Part shown: in pieces, positions 12,776 to 26,064 of the stretch
How the letters are laid out: each line of letters begins with the position of its first letter
Numbering within the stretch: position 1 is the first letter of the stretch
Assembly: GCF_006345805.1 (NCBI RefSeq)
Contig: NC_042999.1
Coordinates: 161,572,001-161,636,000, forward strand
Reading direction: 5' to 3'
Source of the DNA: Octopus sinensis
Lineage: Eukaryota
Length of the DNA stretch: 64,000 nucleotides
Notes under the pieces: model-generated
Databases searched by the model: none
What the model was told of the DNA's origin: nothing
What the model saw: the letters and a program-made list of their open reading frames with translations, nothing else
Program-made: the position numbers and the translations under genes

Positions 12776-14282
12776 TAACTATATACAGGGTTTTACTTAA
12801 ATTTGTAATGCAAGAGGCATAGGAACAATTTAAAATAATAGTTTTGCATCTTAGAACCAAAAGTGGTCTCAGGCTCATTAGTACCAAAAGGGCTAATGCT
12901 CTTGCAATGATAATAATGAGGGTGATAGTATTGGTGCTTGTTTCTCAGTAAACTTCTGTGCTTTTGTATGATTGTTAATGTGAAATCATATGTTGAAACA
13001 GATTTTGCTGTATCTTGGGAGGGTCATTATGCCAATGAGAAACGCACTGGTTCAATTTTACTTTTGTTTTATTAGTCAATTAACCATTTAACTAATTAAC
13101 TAGTCGATTATTTATTTGTTTGGTGAATCACTGGGTCAGCTAGATTCGTCAGTCTTTTCATTGCCATGTGTGACTTCATTAATGACATGTCCTTGCTACT
13201 CCAGGTCTGTCTCCTAGTTTAGATTCTGTGTCTATAAGGGGATGTGAGAGAGTGTGTATGTGTGTGAAAGAGAGAATGTGTGTGTGTGTGTGTGTGTGTT
13301 TACTAACCTATAGATTTGTAATTTTCTTTTCCTCTGGTAGGGGTGGCTTAATGTGTCCACATGCTCACGTATGTGTAAAGTGTGGATATTGTGAGAGGTG
13401 AGAGTGGTTAAATATTTATTTTATGGTTTGTGTCTTTGTCTTTGTGAATGGAATGTGTGTATCAAGGTGTGTGTCAGTACATGTATGGACATAGAAGTCC
13501 TCTTTATTTATTTTGGAGATGGTGGAGATCATATTTCAAGTTTTTGACACTGCTATATTTCAAACATGCAAAACATGTAGATTTATGTTTATTGACACAC
13601 CTAGGTTCATTAATTAACCTAATACACTTACCCATGTGTGTTTACTAACCTATAGATTTGTAATTTTCTTTTCCTCTGGTAGGGTCATGACCAAATGATT
13701 AATCAAACAATCAATTTACTGACCCATCATAAAAAGTTAAATGGAACCGATGCATGTGTTTATTACTGACTGATGTCTACATATGCACATGAGAATACTG
13801 CCCGTATTTAGATAAGAGCACCCAAGTGTAAATGCAGATTTTTCATTATATGCAGTAATTAGCAGAATTTCTTCCAGATAAATGAACATTCACTAACTAA
13901 TACTGTCCAGCTACAAGTTGTCAACTGCAGATAACATGATCTTTCCCCTGATAGAATTTTTATAATTTGATCTTTGCCAATGATGATTTGTGAAACACTT
14001 TCAGCACAAAATGACCCGACTACTTGTCTGTGTTTATCATGAAGGATAAATAATAGAGGAAATCAATTTGAGTATGACAGTTAAAATATGACAATTACAT
14101 TTGAAATTAAATTTGAACTTGGTGTAGTGATCACCACAAATAATCTATAAATTAATAACAAATAAAAGCCTGACTTGACTTTTCCATTTTTTTTTCTTCA
14201 CTAGATCACCAAATGTCAATCATAGGGTTATCATAGACCAATCAGAATGCCCTAATTATGATCAGCAGGTCATACTCAATCA

Positions 14283-16228
14283 TTGTCATCATCGATTATC
14301 GTCCGTTTCCCACGCTAGAATGGGTTGGATGATTTGATTGAGGTCTGGAGAGCCTGAGGCTGCACCAGGCTCCAGTCTGATCTGGCAAAGTTTCTATAGC
14401 TGGATGTCCTTCCTAATGCCAATCACTCTGAGATTGTAGTGGGTGCTTTTTACGTGCCACCAGCACAGGAGCCCGTTAGGTGGGCCTGGCGACAATCACA
14501 TTTGGATGGTGCTTTTTACTTGCCACTGGCACAGGAGCCAGTCAGGGGGTATTGGCATCGGTCATGATCGGTTGGTGCATTTTACATGCCACCGGCAAGG
14601 GAGCCAGTCACGGGGCACTGGCTCCAGCTACAATATTAGTTTTACTTAACTCAACAGGTCTTCTCAAGCATATCATATCACTCGACACATCAGGGATCTC
14701 CAAAGGTCTCCATCTCCTGCCATTGCCTCTGTGAGGCCCAATGTTCAAAACTTATGCTTCACCACCTCATCCCATGTCTTCCTGGGTCTACCTCTCCCCC
14801 GGGTTCCTTCTACAGTTAGGGAGTGGCATTTCCTTACACAGCTGTCTTCATTCATACATAACACATTACCATACCAGTGCAGTTGCCTCTCTTGCACAAC
14901 ACATTTGATGCTTCTTATGCTCAACTTTTCTCTCAGGGTACTTACACTCTGTCGTGTATGCACACTGACATTACACATCCAGCGGATCATACTAGCTTCA
15001 TTTCTTTCAAACCTATGCATGTCCTCAACATTCATAGCCCATGTTTCACTGCTGTGTGGCATGGCAGTTTGCACACATGCATCATACAGTCTACCTTTCA
15101 CCCTGAGCAAGAGGCCCTTAGTTACCAGCTCCCTGAACTTTGCCCATGCTATTCTTACTCTAGTTGCTACACTCTCTGAGCAACTGTCCTTACTACAGAC
15201 TAGAGATTTGATTATCTAGGTAGCAGAAGCTATTAACTACTTCTAGTTTATCCCCCTAGCATGTGATGGAATCTGTTTTCTGCACATCTTCAGTGTTTAT
15301 TGCCCCAAGTGCATCTGCCACACACAAAAACTATTTTCCCTGTTAACCTTCTTTTGATATTACTGCACCTTTTATGTGTCCATAGATTACACTGGGTATA
15401 TCGTATGGAGTTTCTACCCACACCTTTTCTACAGATCGAGCAGGGCCATCTACCTGAAGCGGGATGTGATTTGACAGCCTTCCTACTTACTAAGACTTTG
15501 GTTTTGGTTAGGTTAACCGTAAGGCCCTTTAATTCTAGACCTTGCTTCCACATCCTAAACTTCATCTCCAGTTCTGGCAGTGACTCAGCTATTAAAGCAA
15601 GATCATCAACCTAGAGGAGCTCTCAGGGGCACCTTGTCTTGAATTCCTCTGTTATTGCCTGGAGGACTATAATGAATAAGAGGGGGTTGAGGGCTACTCG
15701 GAATTCTTCACTATACTCGTTGCCAACCATCCCTGTACAGGGTTTGTACAGCTCTTACCAGCTCTATCCCCAGTTTCCACATTGACCACTAGATAAGGGA
15801 TCGGAGGACCCTGTCAAAGGCTTTCTCCAAGTCAGCTAAAGCCAAGTACAAAGGTTTATCTTTGGCTAGGTATTTCTCCTGCAGTTGCCTTACCAGAAAT
15901 ATAGCATCAGTGGCGCTTCTGCCTGACACAAAACCAAACTGCATCTCATCTAGGCTAACTCTCTCCCTAATTAGTTGGGCTATGACCCTCTCCATAACTT
16001 TCATCACCTGATCCAATAATTTGATACCCCTGTAGTTATTTCTATCTAAAGCATCACCTTTCCTCTTGTAACACTTGACATTGGATATGACTCCTTCATG
16101 AACTACCTGATTTATGATGCGGGTGACAAGACCCACACCACCTGATATTTTAAGCATCCCAACAGTGATTCCTGATGGACCAAGTGCTTTCCCTGTCTTC
16201 ATATCCTTAATTGCTTTATCTACCTGGG
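14283..16228 (-). mobile_element. RTE-clade LINE remnant (RT, C-terminus and 3' tail), frameshifted
   Basis: ORFs 15789-16202 (NYRGIKLL...MQFGF...DLEKAFDRV), 15290-15565 and 14745-15110 (SETWA...LHWYGNVL...GRGRPRKTW). Confidence 0.92.
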
Positions 16229-16289
16229 AGCATTATCATTTTTGTTTTATTTTTTGCTTTCTTTTAATATGTGTGTGTGTATACATATA

Positions 16290-17462
16290 AACACTGAAAA
16301 TGTGTAGAGAGCAGCTTCTGTCACATTCCAGGGAGAAAAATTACAAGTGGTTGATGGCTTCCGTTACCTGGGGGACCAGATCACTAGTGGGGATGGATGT
16401 TCTGAATAAGCTGCTAGAATAAGAATAGCCTGGGAAAGGTTCAGAGAGCTCCTACCTCTGCTAGTGACAGGGGGCCTCTCACTCAGAGTGAAAGGTAGAC
16501 TGTATGATACATATGTGCGAACAGCCATGCTACATGGCAGTGAAATGTGGGCCGTGACTGCTGAGGACATGTGTGGGCTTGCAAGGAATGAAGCCAGTAT
16601 GCTCCACTGGATGTGTGTCAGTGTGCATAGATGACTAAGTGTGGGCTCCCTGAGAGAAGGGTTGGATTTAAGAAGCATCAGATGCGGTGTGCAAGAAAGA
16701 CAACTGCGCTGGTATGGACATGTGTTGCGAATGAATGAGGACAGCTGTGTGAAAAAGTGTCACACTCTGGCAGTTGAGGGAACCTGTGGAAGAGAAAGAC
16801 CTGGGATGAGTTGGTGAGGCACAACCTTCGAACATTGGGCCTTACCGACGCAATGACTATTGACCGAGACCTTTGGAAGTATGCTGTGCTTGAGAAGACC
16901 CAACAAGCCAAGTGAGATGATAACCTGTGGCCTATGCCAGTGAGTGTAACCAGCCCACTTATGAGTACCCTTCATTCATTGGACAATAAATTTTGCTTGC
17001 AAAGACCTGTTGAAGCATGTAAAATCAAAATCAAAATTGCTGATGTGGCCAATAACAGAACCATATGACTGGCACTTGTGCTGGTGGAATGTTAAAGCAC
17101 ATCCAAGCGTGATCGTTGTCAGGGCTGTTGATGGGTTCCCGTGCTGATGGCACATGAAAAACAACATTCGAGCATGGTCATTGCCAGTGCCACCGGACTG
17201 GCCCCCATACAGGTGGCACTTAAAAACACCTTTTGAGTGGTTGTTGCCAGAACTGAATGACTGGCCCTCGTGCCAGTGGCTTGTAAAAGCACCCACTACA
17301 CTCTCGGAGTGGTTGGCGTTGGGAAGGGCATCCAGCTGTAGAAACTTTGCTAGATCAGGTTGGAGCCAGGTGCAGCCTTCTGGCTTGCCAGTATTCAGTC
17401 AAACCATCCAACCCATGCCAGCATGGAAAGCAGACGTTAAACGACAACGATGATGATGCTAA
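16290..17462 (+). mobile_element. Second RTE LINE copy (5'-truncated) nested in the first
   Basis: KLQVVDGFRYLGDQIT...WYGHVLRM frame remnants, 3' UTR and (TGA)n tail at ~17445-17462. Confidence 0.88.
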
Positions 17463-17479
17463 TGATGTACTTTTTATTC

Positions 17480-17742
17480 AGGTAGCTGGTCCCTCAATTG
17501 GGTCAACCTTTGGCAGACTCTCCTCCTCCCATTCATTCTCCACATTCAGCAGTCTTTCATAATGGCATTTCAAAGCCTCTTTCTTTGCAGAATCATTAAA
17601 CGCAAGGGTACCATCATCCAAGTGGACACATTTCTCTCCTATGACATCATGGCTTTCTCTCACACACCGTCTTGCAAAATACTTCAGTTCTCTGGTCCTC
17701 ACGTCGCTGAACATTGGCAAACTTCTTTTCTGCTACTCCCTT
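17480..17742 (-). mobile_element. Upstream (pre-RT) part of the RTE element at 14283-16228
   Basis: ...HYERLLNVENEW...VDPIEGPA continues into QVDKAIKDMKTGKA at ~16228. Confidence 0.85.
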
Positions 17743-20699
17743 GATTAGAACAGAATTATTTTAGAGAATAGATGAGTTTGAATGAATGAGGCAATTAAAA
17801 ACAAAAGACTTTCTTAGCTTAGCTGTGCATATTTTCAAGTGTCATCGCCACCAAAATATATTTTTAGAAGAGATTCGAATCGAAATTGAGTGTATCTGAA
17901 GGCCATTACTTCTATTTTCATCTACAAACAAAACAATTTCAAACATCACTCTTCTCATCATCACATCAAACCTCATGTGAAATGTTTTTTTCCAATCCTT
18001 CCTTCCTTAAACTCTCTTTGGATCTCCTTCTCTGCGCATTGATCAACCCCTTCAAAACAACATCTTATAAAAGGAACCTTTATGTTGTCATTCAGTCTGC
18101 TTTAAATTTTTCTCTTGCTGTTATGAAAGGAGGACACATTGGTTAATATAGTGCTAGATATCTCTGAAATGACAGAAAGGTCATATCTGAAATGCTAGTG
18201 ATCATAATTTTGGCTAAACCACAAAACTCAAACTACAACTCGCAGAAGTTCAAATTGAACATCAACTACATTGACCTCACTACTCTGGAAGATCTTTAAT
18301 GAGCTCAAACTATGTTCATTGACCCTCTCACTCAACTGGTCTTCTGTTCCATAAATTAGTTTTTGACATTAGAATACTACACTGGATGCTTTATTATTCA
18401 GTGCCTCACTGTTCTTAGTTCAATCCCTGCCAAATCCAACATTTCCTTTCATGCCACCAGTAATACTTCTTGAAGGGAGAGATTAATTCTGCTCTCTCTT
18501 TACGAAACATGTAATCTATTAGTGAAGCAGCCAAGGAGTAAGAATCTATATGGGTGCTTCATTTGCTAAAACTAGCACCAAATCTTCCTCAGATCACACC
18601 TTAAAAAGAAGAGAAAGTAAATGTTGGATGATGTCCTGGATACAAAAAAAGACAAGATGCTTGTGGTTGGAACATCTATTCAAGATGGGGCTAAACACTA
18701 CTTGCTTCGGTAGTGATAGAATTGGTTGAAGTGAAGTCATTTTATTAGTGTTTTCTTTGTGACTTCAAAACCAATGGATAAGTTGAAAATAGTACCACAG
18801 ACTTAATCTGTTACCCAGTTTAACACCTCTGCTTTTTGGAGTTTAGTAGTGTTCAGTCTTTTGGAAGAATTGAGGCCATGTTTCAGTCTGAAGATAATTT
18901 CCTCCTTTGTTCTCACTAGTTAGTGACCCCGAAAAGGGACCATGGTCACTGCCTTCCTCTAAGTCACTAACAAGAACTGTTAATGCAACTTGTTAATTAG
19001 AGTTTCTACTAATTACAACAGTAAAATGCACCAACTCATAGCACTTATTTACAGATAAATGAGCTGAGTTTGTAAGAGTTCTGTTTTGGTCATAGATACA
19101 ACATTGTTGCTAGTAATACAATGTGAACTGTGAATTTTGGTTTTTAAAGATAGTTAAAAACCCAGTGGGATTTGAACTCATAATGTAAACTGATAACATT
19201 AAATACTGCAAGACATACACTTTACAACTACATTACTATTTCTGTCTTCCTCCACACCTAGTAAGGATGTCTGACATGGGCACAAGTTCTCAAATTCGAG
19301 GAAGAATAGTCAATTATATGTGATGCATTATATGACTTGCACTTATTTCATAAACCCCAGAAGAATGAAAGGCAAAGTTGCCCTCACTGAGATTTGAATT
19401 CAGAATGTAAAGGGTTGTAACTAAATATTGTGTCCAAATATCTAACGATTCTGCAATCCACCATATTACCACCACTAATAATTCGTTCGTTTATTGGCCA
19501 CAAGGGCTAACAAAAATCAATTAAAACATAAAGGGACAAAACACAGGACGAAAGTTACAAAGGGTTTTGTCCGTTTGAAAAAGTCTGTGTACAAAAGCAG
19601 GATGACAACGAAATATATGTAACAACTAAAACTCCCAATAGGGGGAGACACCTCGTGTAATAATAGTAGTTCTGAACTACTGGAGGGACTCTCCACATAC
19701 TTCATGTCAAATTCCTTCAAATGGTACTTTACTATCTTGGAAAAGGGAAACCTATTAGATAGTGTAGTCCTAGAAATACAGGATGGTCATGGATAGAATG
19801 GCTTTCCATCATAGGTCTGAGCCATTAGATCTAAACAAAATAATAGTTGTTTCTTAAATTGTCCCAAGGTCATAAATTTATAGTTGAGGAGTTTATTAGT
19901 AGTACTTATTTAACTGAATCCAGGAAGGTCAAGTAAAAAAGAAATCCTGTCAACCCAGACTATAGAAAGATGTGATTAGGATTTTGGTCCATCACTTTAT
20001 CATTTCTTCTATTCTACAGCTATTGGTTGGTATAATTTTTCTAATTGGAGAATGGTACTGAAGATTACATTGACCACGGTATTTGATTAGTACTTATTTT
20101 ATCAATGCTTTCAAGCAAGAAAGCATGGTTGACCTCGACAGAATTCAAAGTCTCCACACTCAGGGTAATTCCTAGCAAAGTCACATTTTCTGGGGTGGGG
20201 TGCAGTCAATTACTTAGCTGGTACTTATTTCATCACCTCCACCAGGAGAATGAAAGAAAAAGTCAGCTTTGGAGGAAAGTATTTTGTCTGCCTATCTACA
20301 AATTCTGCCAATCCACTGCCCTCTTCTTTTACCTCTAACAATTTCTAACATACGAACAGAACCTAAAATTTAGAGGAAAGTTATAGTCAATTATTTGAAC
20401 CCTGATACGAGTACTTTATTTTACCAGTCTGAGAAGGATGGAAGTGAAGTTCACCTTAGTGGCTTTTGAACTCAATGTAAATAGATGTAACTATGGCAAC
20501 AGGCATATTGGTCCCATGCTCTGTTGTTTTTTGTTAATTTACAGCCTGGTCCTTTCCCATAACAACAAGACTCCTATTACTGTGAATACTTTAATATAAC
20601 CTTGACTTCTTCCAGAGAAGTTATTCACTGTATAATACAACATAATTCAAAATGAAGCTATTTCTGGCACATTCCTTACCTCAGATAGAAAACAATTTA

Positions 20700-22135
20700 A
20701 CTGTTGGACATATCTTTGATAAAAAATATTAGGATAAAAAATTAAGGATATTGAAACTAATAGATATAAGTATCTGGAAATTTTTAAATATGACAACATC
20801 GAGGCAGGTGAAATGAAGGAAAGCTTCAGACGAGAATATCTCAGAAGAACCAAATTAATTATGGAAAGTAGGCTCAATGGAAAAAACAAGATCAGGGCAT
20901 GGGTAATTTCCTTAATGCAATATGGTGCAGGTGTTGTTTGATGAACAAAGAACAAGCTTGAGGAAATGGACAGAAAAACCAAAAAGTGATAACAATTAAC
21001 AAGGAACTACAGCCCAAAAGCAATATTGACAGGTTATATGTGCTGAGGAAGAGGCCTCATAGGATGCAAGACGTTTGTTGTCGATGAGAGGAACAGTCAG
21101 GGATGGGACATCAAACAGCAGAGTGAGTGCTTGCTTACCACTGTTAGAATTAACAATACAATACCTACCGAAAATGTGGTGCATCCACAAACATTTAAGA
21201 AACAAGATGAAAAAGACAGAGTAAGTAATTGGAAAATGAAATCCCTGCATGGGAAAACTGAAGAAAAAGGCAAGATCAACACTTGGAGATGGCTAAAAAA
21301 AAGTGATCTGAAAGGATGTAAAGAGGCATTGATATGCAGCACCTAGGAACAAGCTCTGAGAACTAATTACACCAAGCTCCAAACAGATAAGAGCAGTAAA
21401 TCACCTCTTTGTAGGATGTGTGGCAGCAGTAACAGAACAATTTCATATCTTGTGGATGAGTGCAGTAAGCTGGCCCAAAAGCACTACAAAAGGAGGCACG
21501 ATAATGTGGCTAAGTTCATCCACTAGAGGTTACGTGAAAAGTATAGCCTGGACAGAGCATGGAAATGGTACGAACATGAATCAGAAGGAGTCACTGAGAA
21601 CAAAGAATATAAGATACTGTGGGATTTTACAATCCAGTGTGACTCCCTTAATCAATGCTCGGAGACCAGATATTGTTGTGGTAGATAAAGGAAAAAAAGA
21701 AACCAAGATTATAGATACCTGGGGATGCACGCATAAGTGACAAAGAACTAGGAAAGGTTGAAAAGTGCAGACCACTAAAAGGTGAAACTGCAATAATGTG
21801 GACTATGAGGAAAGTGTCTGTCATTTCAGTAGTTGTAGGATCATTCGGAGCAGTAACAATCAAGTTCAAGAAATATGTCAAGGAAATTGGAATTGACATG
21901 AGAGCAGAGCAAGCCCATAGAACTGCTCTGCTGGAGACAGCTAGGATTTTTAGATCGGTACTTGGATGTTGAATGTCTCCCCCGATAATTAACAATCAAT
22001 TATCAAAGCTTATAATGTGCAGAAAGAGACTCTGTGAGACCACTGACAACAGGCTACTGCCTGCTCTCACAGAATCTACCAGAGCAAAGAAGACTGAATG
22101 TTCTGAGAAGTAAAACAACAAGGATAACAACAACT
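20700..22135 (+). mobile_element. R4/Dong-clade LINE remnant (RT C-terminus, zinc knuckle, restriction-like endonuclease)
   Basis: YKYLEI...EYLRRTKLIMESRLNGKNKI; CRMCGS...ECSKLAQKHYKRRHDNVA; ILWDFTIQCD...RRPDIVVVDK; many stops. Confidence 0.88.
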
Positions 22136-22364
22136 AAAACTCCCATAGTGGTTTTTTTAGATTACATTTTAATTAGTTTTGATTTTGTTGTTTAGCCACT
22201 GATCTGCCAAAGCTGAGATGACAAATGATTAAAAGCATTCTAACTATCACCGTCTTGTTACTTTTAGGTATATCTAGCATTACATTTCCACTGTATCTGA
22301 ATTCCTTGTTTAAGCTGCTATTTCTAGCTGGTCAAATGACTACATGGTGGCTTCTTCATTAGCA

Positions 22365-23420
22365 TGTGATGATGATCATCATCATCATTTAACGTCCGTT
22401 TTCCGCGCTAGCACGGGTTGGACGGTTTGACCGGGGTCTGGGAAACCAGGGGCTGCACCAGGCTCCAGTCTGATCTGGCAGAGCTTCTACAGCTGGATGC
22501 CCTTCCTAACGCCAACCACTCCGTGAGTGTAGTGGGTGCTTTTTACGTGCCACCTGCACAGGTGCCAGGGGGGTCTGGCATTGGCCACGATCGGTTGGAG
22601 CTTTTAACGTGCCACCGGCACGGAAGCCAGCCAAGGCGGCGCTGGCAACGGCCACGTTTGGATGGTGCTTTCTATGTGCCACCAGCACTGGAGCCAGTCG
22701 AGGCAGTGCTGGCATCGGCCACGTTCGGACAGTGCTTTTTATGTGCCACCGGCACAAAAGCCAGTCGGGGCAGCGCTGGCATCGGCCACGTTTGGATGGT
22801 GTTTTTTATGTGCTACCGGCACAGAAGCCAGTCGAGGCGGCGCTGGCAACGGCCACGTTCGGATGGTGCTTTTTATGTGCCACCGGCACAGGTATCACAA
22901 CTACTATTTCCATTGATATTTATTTCGATGTTCATGTTCATGTACTTGACTCAACAGGTCTCCTCAAGCACAGCGAGACGTTCTGGAATCCAGGGTACTT
23001 TGAATGGGCAGGGGCTATGCGGAACTGGTGCAGGAAGCAGCCCGGGTCTTTGCAGTCACAGCATATCTCCAGAGTTCTCGGTCCTTCGCCATTTCCCCAG
23101 TGAGGCCCAACGCTCTGAGGTCATGCTTGACTACCTCATCCCATGTCTTCCTGGGTCTACCTCTCCCCCTGATACTTTCAAATGTTTGGGAGTGGCACTT
23201 CTTCACACATCTCTCCTCATCCATCCGCAGTACATGACCATACCATTGCAAGCGTCGCTCTTGCACACCACATCTGATGCTTCTTATGTTCAGCATTTCT
23301 CTCAGGGTGCTTACACTCTGTCGTGCGTGCACACTGACATTACACATCCAGCGGATCATGCTAGCTTCATTTCTTTCAAGTCTATGCATGTCCTCTGCAG
23401 TCACAGCCCATGTTTCACTA
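22365..23420 (-). mobile_element. RTE LINE 3' fragment with expanded 3'-UTR minisatellite
   Basis: SETWAVTAEDMHRLERNEASMIRWMC...RLQWYGHVLRM...GRGRPRKTWDEVV in ORF 23015-23731; (TGA)n tail at 22365-22388. Confidence 0.9.
22520..22890. repeat. ~60-65-bp GC-rich minisatellite, ~6 units
   Basis: GGTGCTTTTTATGTGCCACCGGCAC recurs with mutually similar intervening sequence. Confidence 0.85.
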
Positions 23421-23496
23421 TATTTATTAAGTAAATAAATAGGTAAAATTTCAAATTTTTTGTAATCCAGTTTATGACTCACAGTGGAATTTTTAT

Positions 23497-23541
<45 letters not shown>

Positions 23542-23816
23542 GACCAGTTGGTTGGTTAGCAGAAACAACTGTCTTCTCTCTTTTTAACAACTTCATACTT
23601 GAGTAGAAAATTATTTTTATTTGTACATCTCTATTCTCTCTCGTCTGTATACAGAGTGCACCATGTATTTGAGAACACACCTTTGATTGGCTACAAACAA
23701 AAGACAACTTTATGTTACAGAACATTTGCAAAATTTTAGCTTTTCTCTTTCTCTTTTAGACATATTGACAGCATCAACATAGCAAACTCGAATCTGAGAC
23801 AGGAAATAAAAAAAAA

Positions 23817-24047
23817 AGCCGGCGAGCTGGCAGAAACGCTGGCACACCGGGCGAAATGTGTAGCTGTATTTCGTCTGCCGTTACGTTCTGAGTTCAAATT
23901 CCGCCGAGGTTGACTTTGCCTTTCATCCTCTCGGGGTCGATTAAATAAGTACCAGTTATGCACTGGGGTCGATATAATTGACTTAATCCGTTTGTCTGTC
24001 CTTGTTTGTCCTCTCTGTGTTTAGCCCCTTGTGGATAGTAAAGAGAT
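23817..24047 (+). mobile_element. tRNA-derived SINE family B with TSD
   Basis: GGCGAGCTGGCAGAA head, TTCTGAGTTCAAATTCC box, GCCTTTCATCCT...GGGTCGAT...AAGTACCAG core; TSD AGGAAATAAAAAAAAA at 23801 and 24048. Confidence 0.88.
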
Positions 24048-24267
24048 AGGAAATAAAAAAAAAGTACATTGTTCTTGTGGCTCTAGACAAGGCATAGCGT
24101 GCAGATACATAGTCAACTCCAATCAATGAAGGTATTCAATGTGTGTGTGTATGTGTGTGTATATGAGTGGGTATATATACATATGCTTTTATTATATTAT
24201 GTGTTTTATATGTATGTGATGCAAAAACTTTTCTTTCTTACATTAGAAGCCAACAAAACACCTGTAA

Positions 24268-24476
24268 TTATACGTGGAATAAGCTGCCGGACGATATAGT
24301 GAAGATGCCGACGACCGCTTGGTTCAAAGTCTCTCTTGACCAGAAATGGCCTGAACTCTTTGCATGAACACCCTCCCTGTACATAACTCCATGTCCCCCT
24401 ACATGGCCTTGCTTTTTGCTTTTTGAGCCAAATTAACTTAACTTAACTAACTTAACTAACTAACTAACTTAACTTA
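24268..24476 (+). mobile_element. CR1/L2-like LINE 3' end
   Basis: WNKLPDDIVKMPTTAWFKVSLDQKWPELFA* followed by short UTR and (TAACT/TAAC)n tail. Confidence 0.75.
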
Positions 24477-24753
24477 ATTTTTCTGGTATTTTATATCAAG
24501 GAACAACTCAAGTCATGGGTTAACTTTATCTTCCATTGTTTTAGTGATACAGCCTGCCTAATGATGAGCCTTGTCTCATGCTATTCGCTTTTCGAAAAAA
24601 AAAAATGAAAGAAAGGTTGACCCTGCATGAACTATCCCTTTCTGTGGAACTTAGTTGTAGTGACAATGGCAGGAAGTGAACTGCTGACTCTTTGCATGGT
24701 TGTTAGATATTCTGTTGATTTAGCCATTGATAACATCATGGAGAACAAAAAAT

Positions 24754-24916
24754 AGGCGCAGTGTGGTAAGTAGCTTGCTAAACAACCACATGGTTCCGGG
24801 TTCACTCCCACTGCGTGGCATCTTGGGCAAGTGTCTTCTGCTATAGCCCCGGGCCGACCAATGCCTTGTGAGTGGATTTGGTAGACGGAAACTGAAAGAA
24901 GCCTGTTATATATATG

Positions 24917-24947
<31 letters not shown>

Positions 24948-25143
24948 TTGTCCCCCTAGCATTGCTTGACAACCGATGCTGGTGTGTTTACGTCCCCGTC
25001 ACTTAGCGGTTCGGCAAAACAGACCGATAGAATAAGTACTGGGCTTACAAAGAATAAGTCCCAGGGTCGATTTGCTCGACTAAAGGTGATGCTCCAGCAT
25101 GGCTGCAGTCAAATGACTGAAACAAGTAAAAGAGTAAAGAGTA
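24754..25143 (+). mobile_element. SINE family A
   Basis: Match to 543-931. Confidence 0.85.
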
Positions 25144-25883
25144 TATTTATAACAGAAACAGCAGAATTTCAAATTTTATTTCTTCTGGAAAATTCTGTTT
25201 TCAGTTTATTTCCTTATTTATTTATTCTTCATCTTAACAAAAGGATATCATTTTTTAAAAATTACATTTTATTTTATATCACATTTTTACCAAACTTCAA
25301 AATTTTTATTCATCTCTTATGATGATTCCCAATAAATACATATATTTGCATGTGTGTATGAGTGTAAAATGTTGCCAAAACTTCTTCACAAAGGTTCTGC
25401 TTCAGAGCCTGGAAACATTTATCTGAAACAAAGTTAAAGTAAAACCCCACAAAGGAGTATTTCTGAGTTCTGGGACAATACAGCTGTTACACACAGGCAA
25501 AATTCACGCAAATGAAGACCATATTAACATTACGACACAAGTTCACATACATTTCTTATTCCCTCTGCCTCTTCTACTGTTACTGCAAAATCTTCTGAAT
25601 TATTTAGCTGAATGCACCCCCTTCTTCCAGGTTCACTCAATACACCTACCACTTCTCCCTATGTCACATCGCTTCCAAATCTTACATTAAACATTTTAAC
25701 ATAATCCTTGTCCACAATAGCTGCTACCACAACAGAATTCCCTCCCATATTTTCCCTACAAATGTTCAACAGCAGGCGTTGAAATCAAACCTGATCCTCA
25801 GGGACTCCATCATGTGTGAAAAAGAAGGAAGAGAGATGGCAAAGGTCAAGAGGCACAACCCCTCTTAATCCAACGTCCCATTT

Positions 25884-25987
25884 TTATTTCTTCTTTTTCT
25901 TCTTTGTTTTTTTCTGCTTGCTACCAGATTGTTTACTCTTCTTAGTTTCAGATCTTCCTTGCTTCTTCTGATACTGGTTTGCCTGTC
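25884..25987 (-). CDS. Minus-strand gene, last coding exon (Lys-rich C-terminus)
   Basis: Acceptor TTTGTTTTATGATAATTTCAG; phase 1: (R)QANQYQKKQGRSETKKSKQSGSKQKKTKKKKKK*; AATAAA overlaps the stop codon. Confidence 0.75.
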
Positions 25988-26064
25988 CTGAAATTATCAT
26001 AAAACAAATGAAAACATTAGAACGTGCAAAAGGTTAATGAACACAACCCATTTCTTATGATAAA

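Noticed and set aside
22520-22890. CRISPR-like array (repeated ~25-mer with ~38-bp intervals)
   Set aside because: The intervals are mutually homologous, it lies in an RTE 3' UTR, and no cas genes are present.
22418-23434. 338-aa plus-strand ORF
   Set aside because: Antisense reading of an RTE 3' end and its minisatellite.
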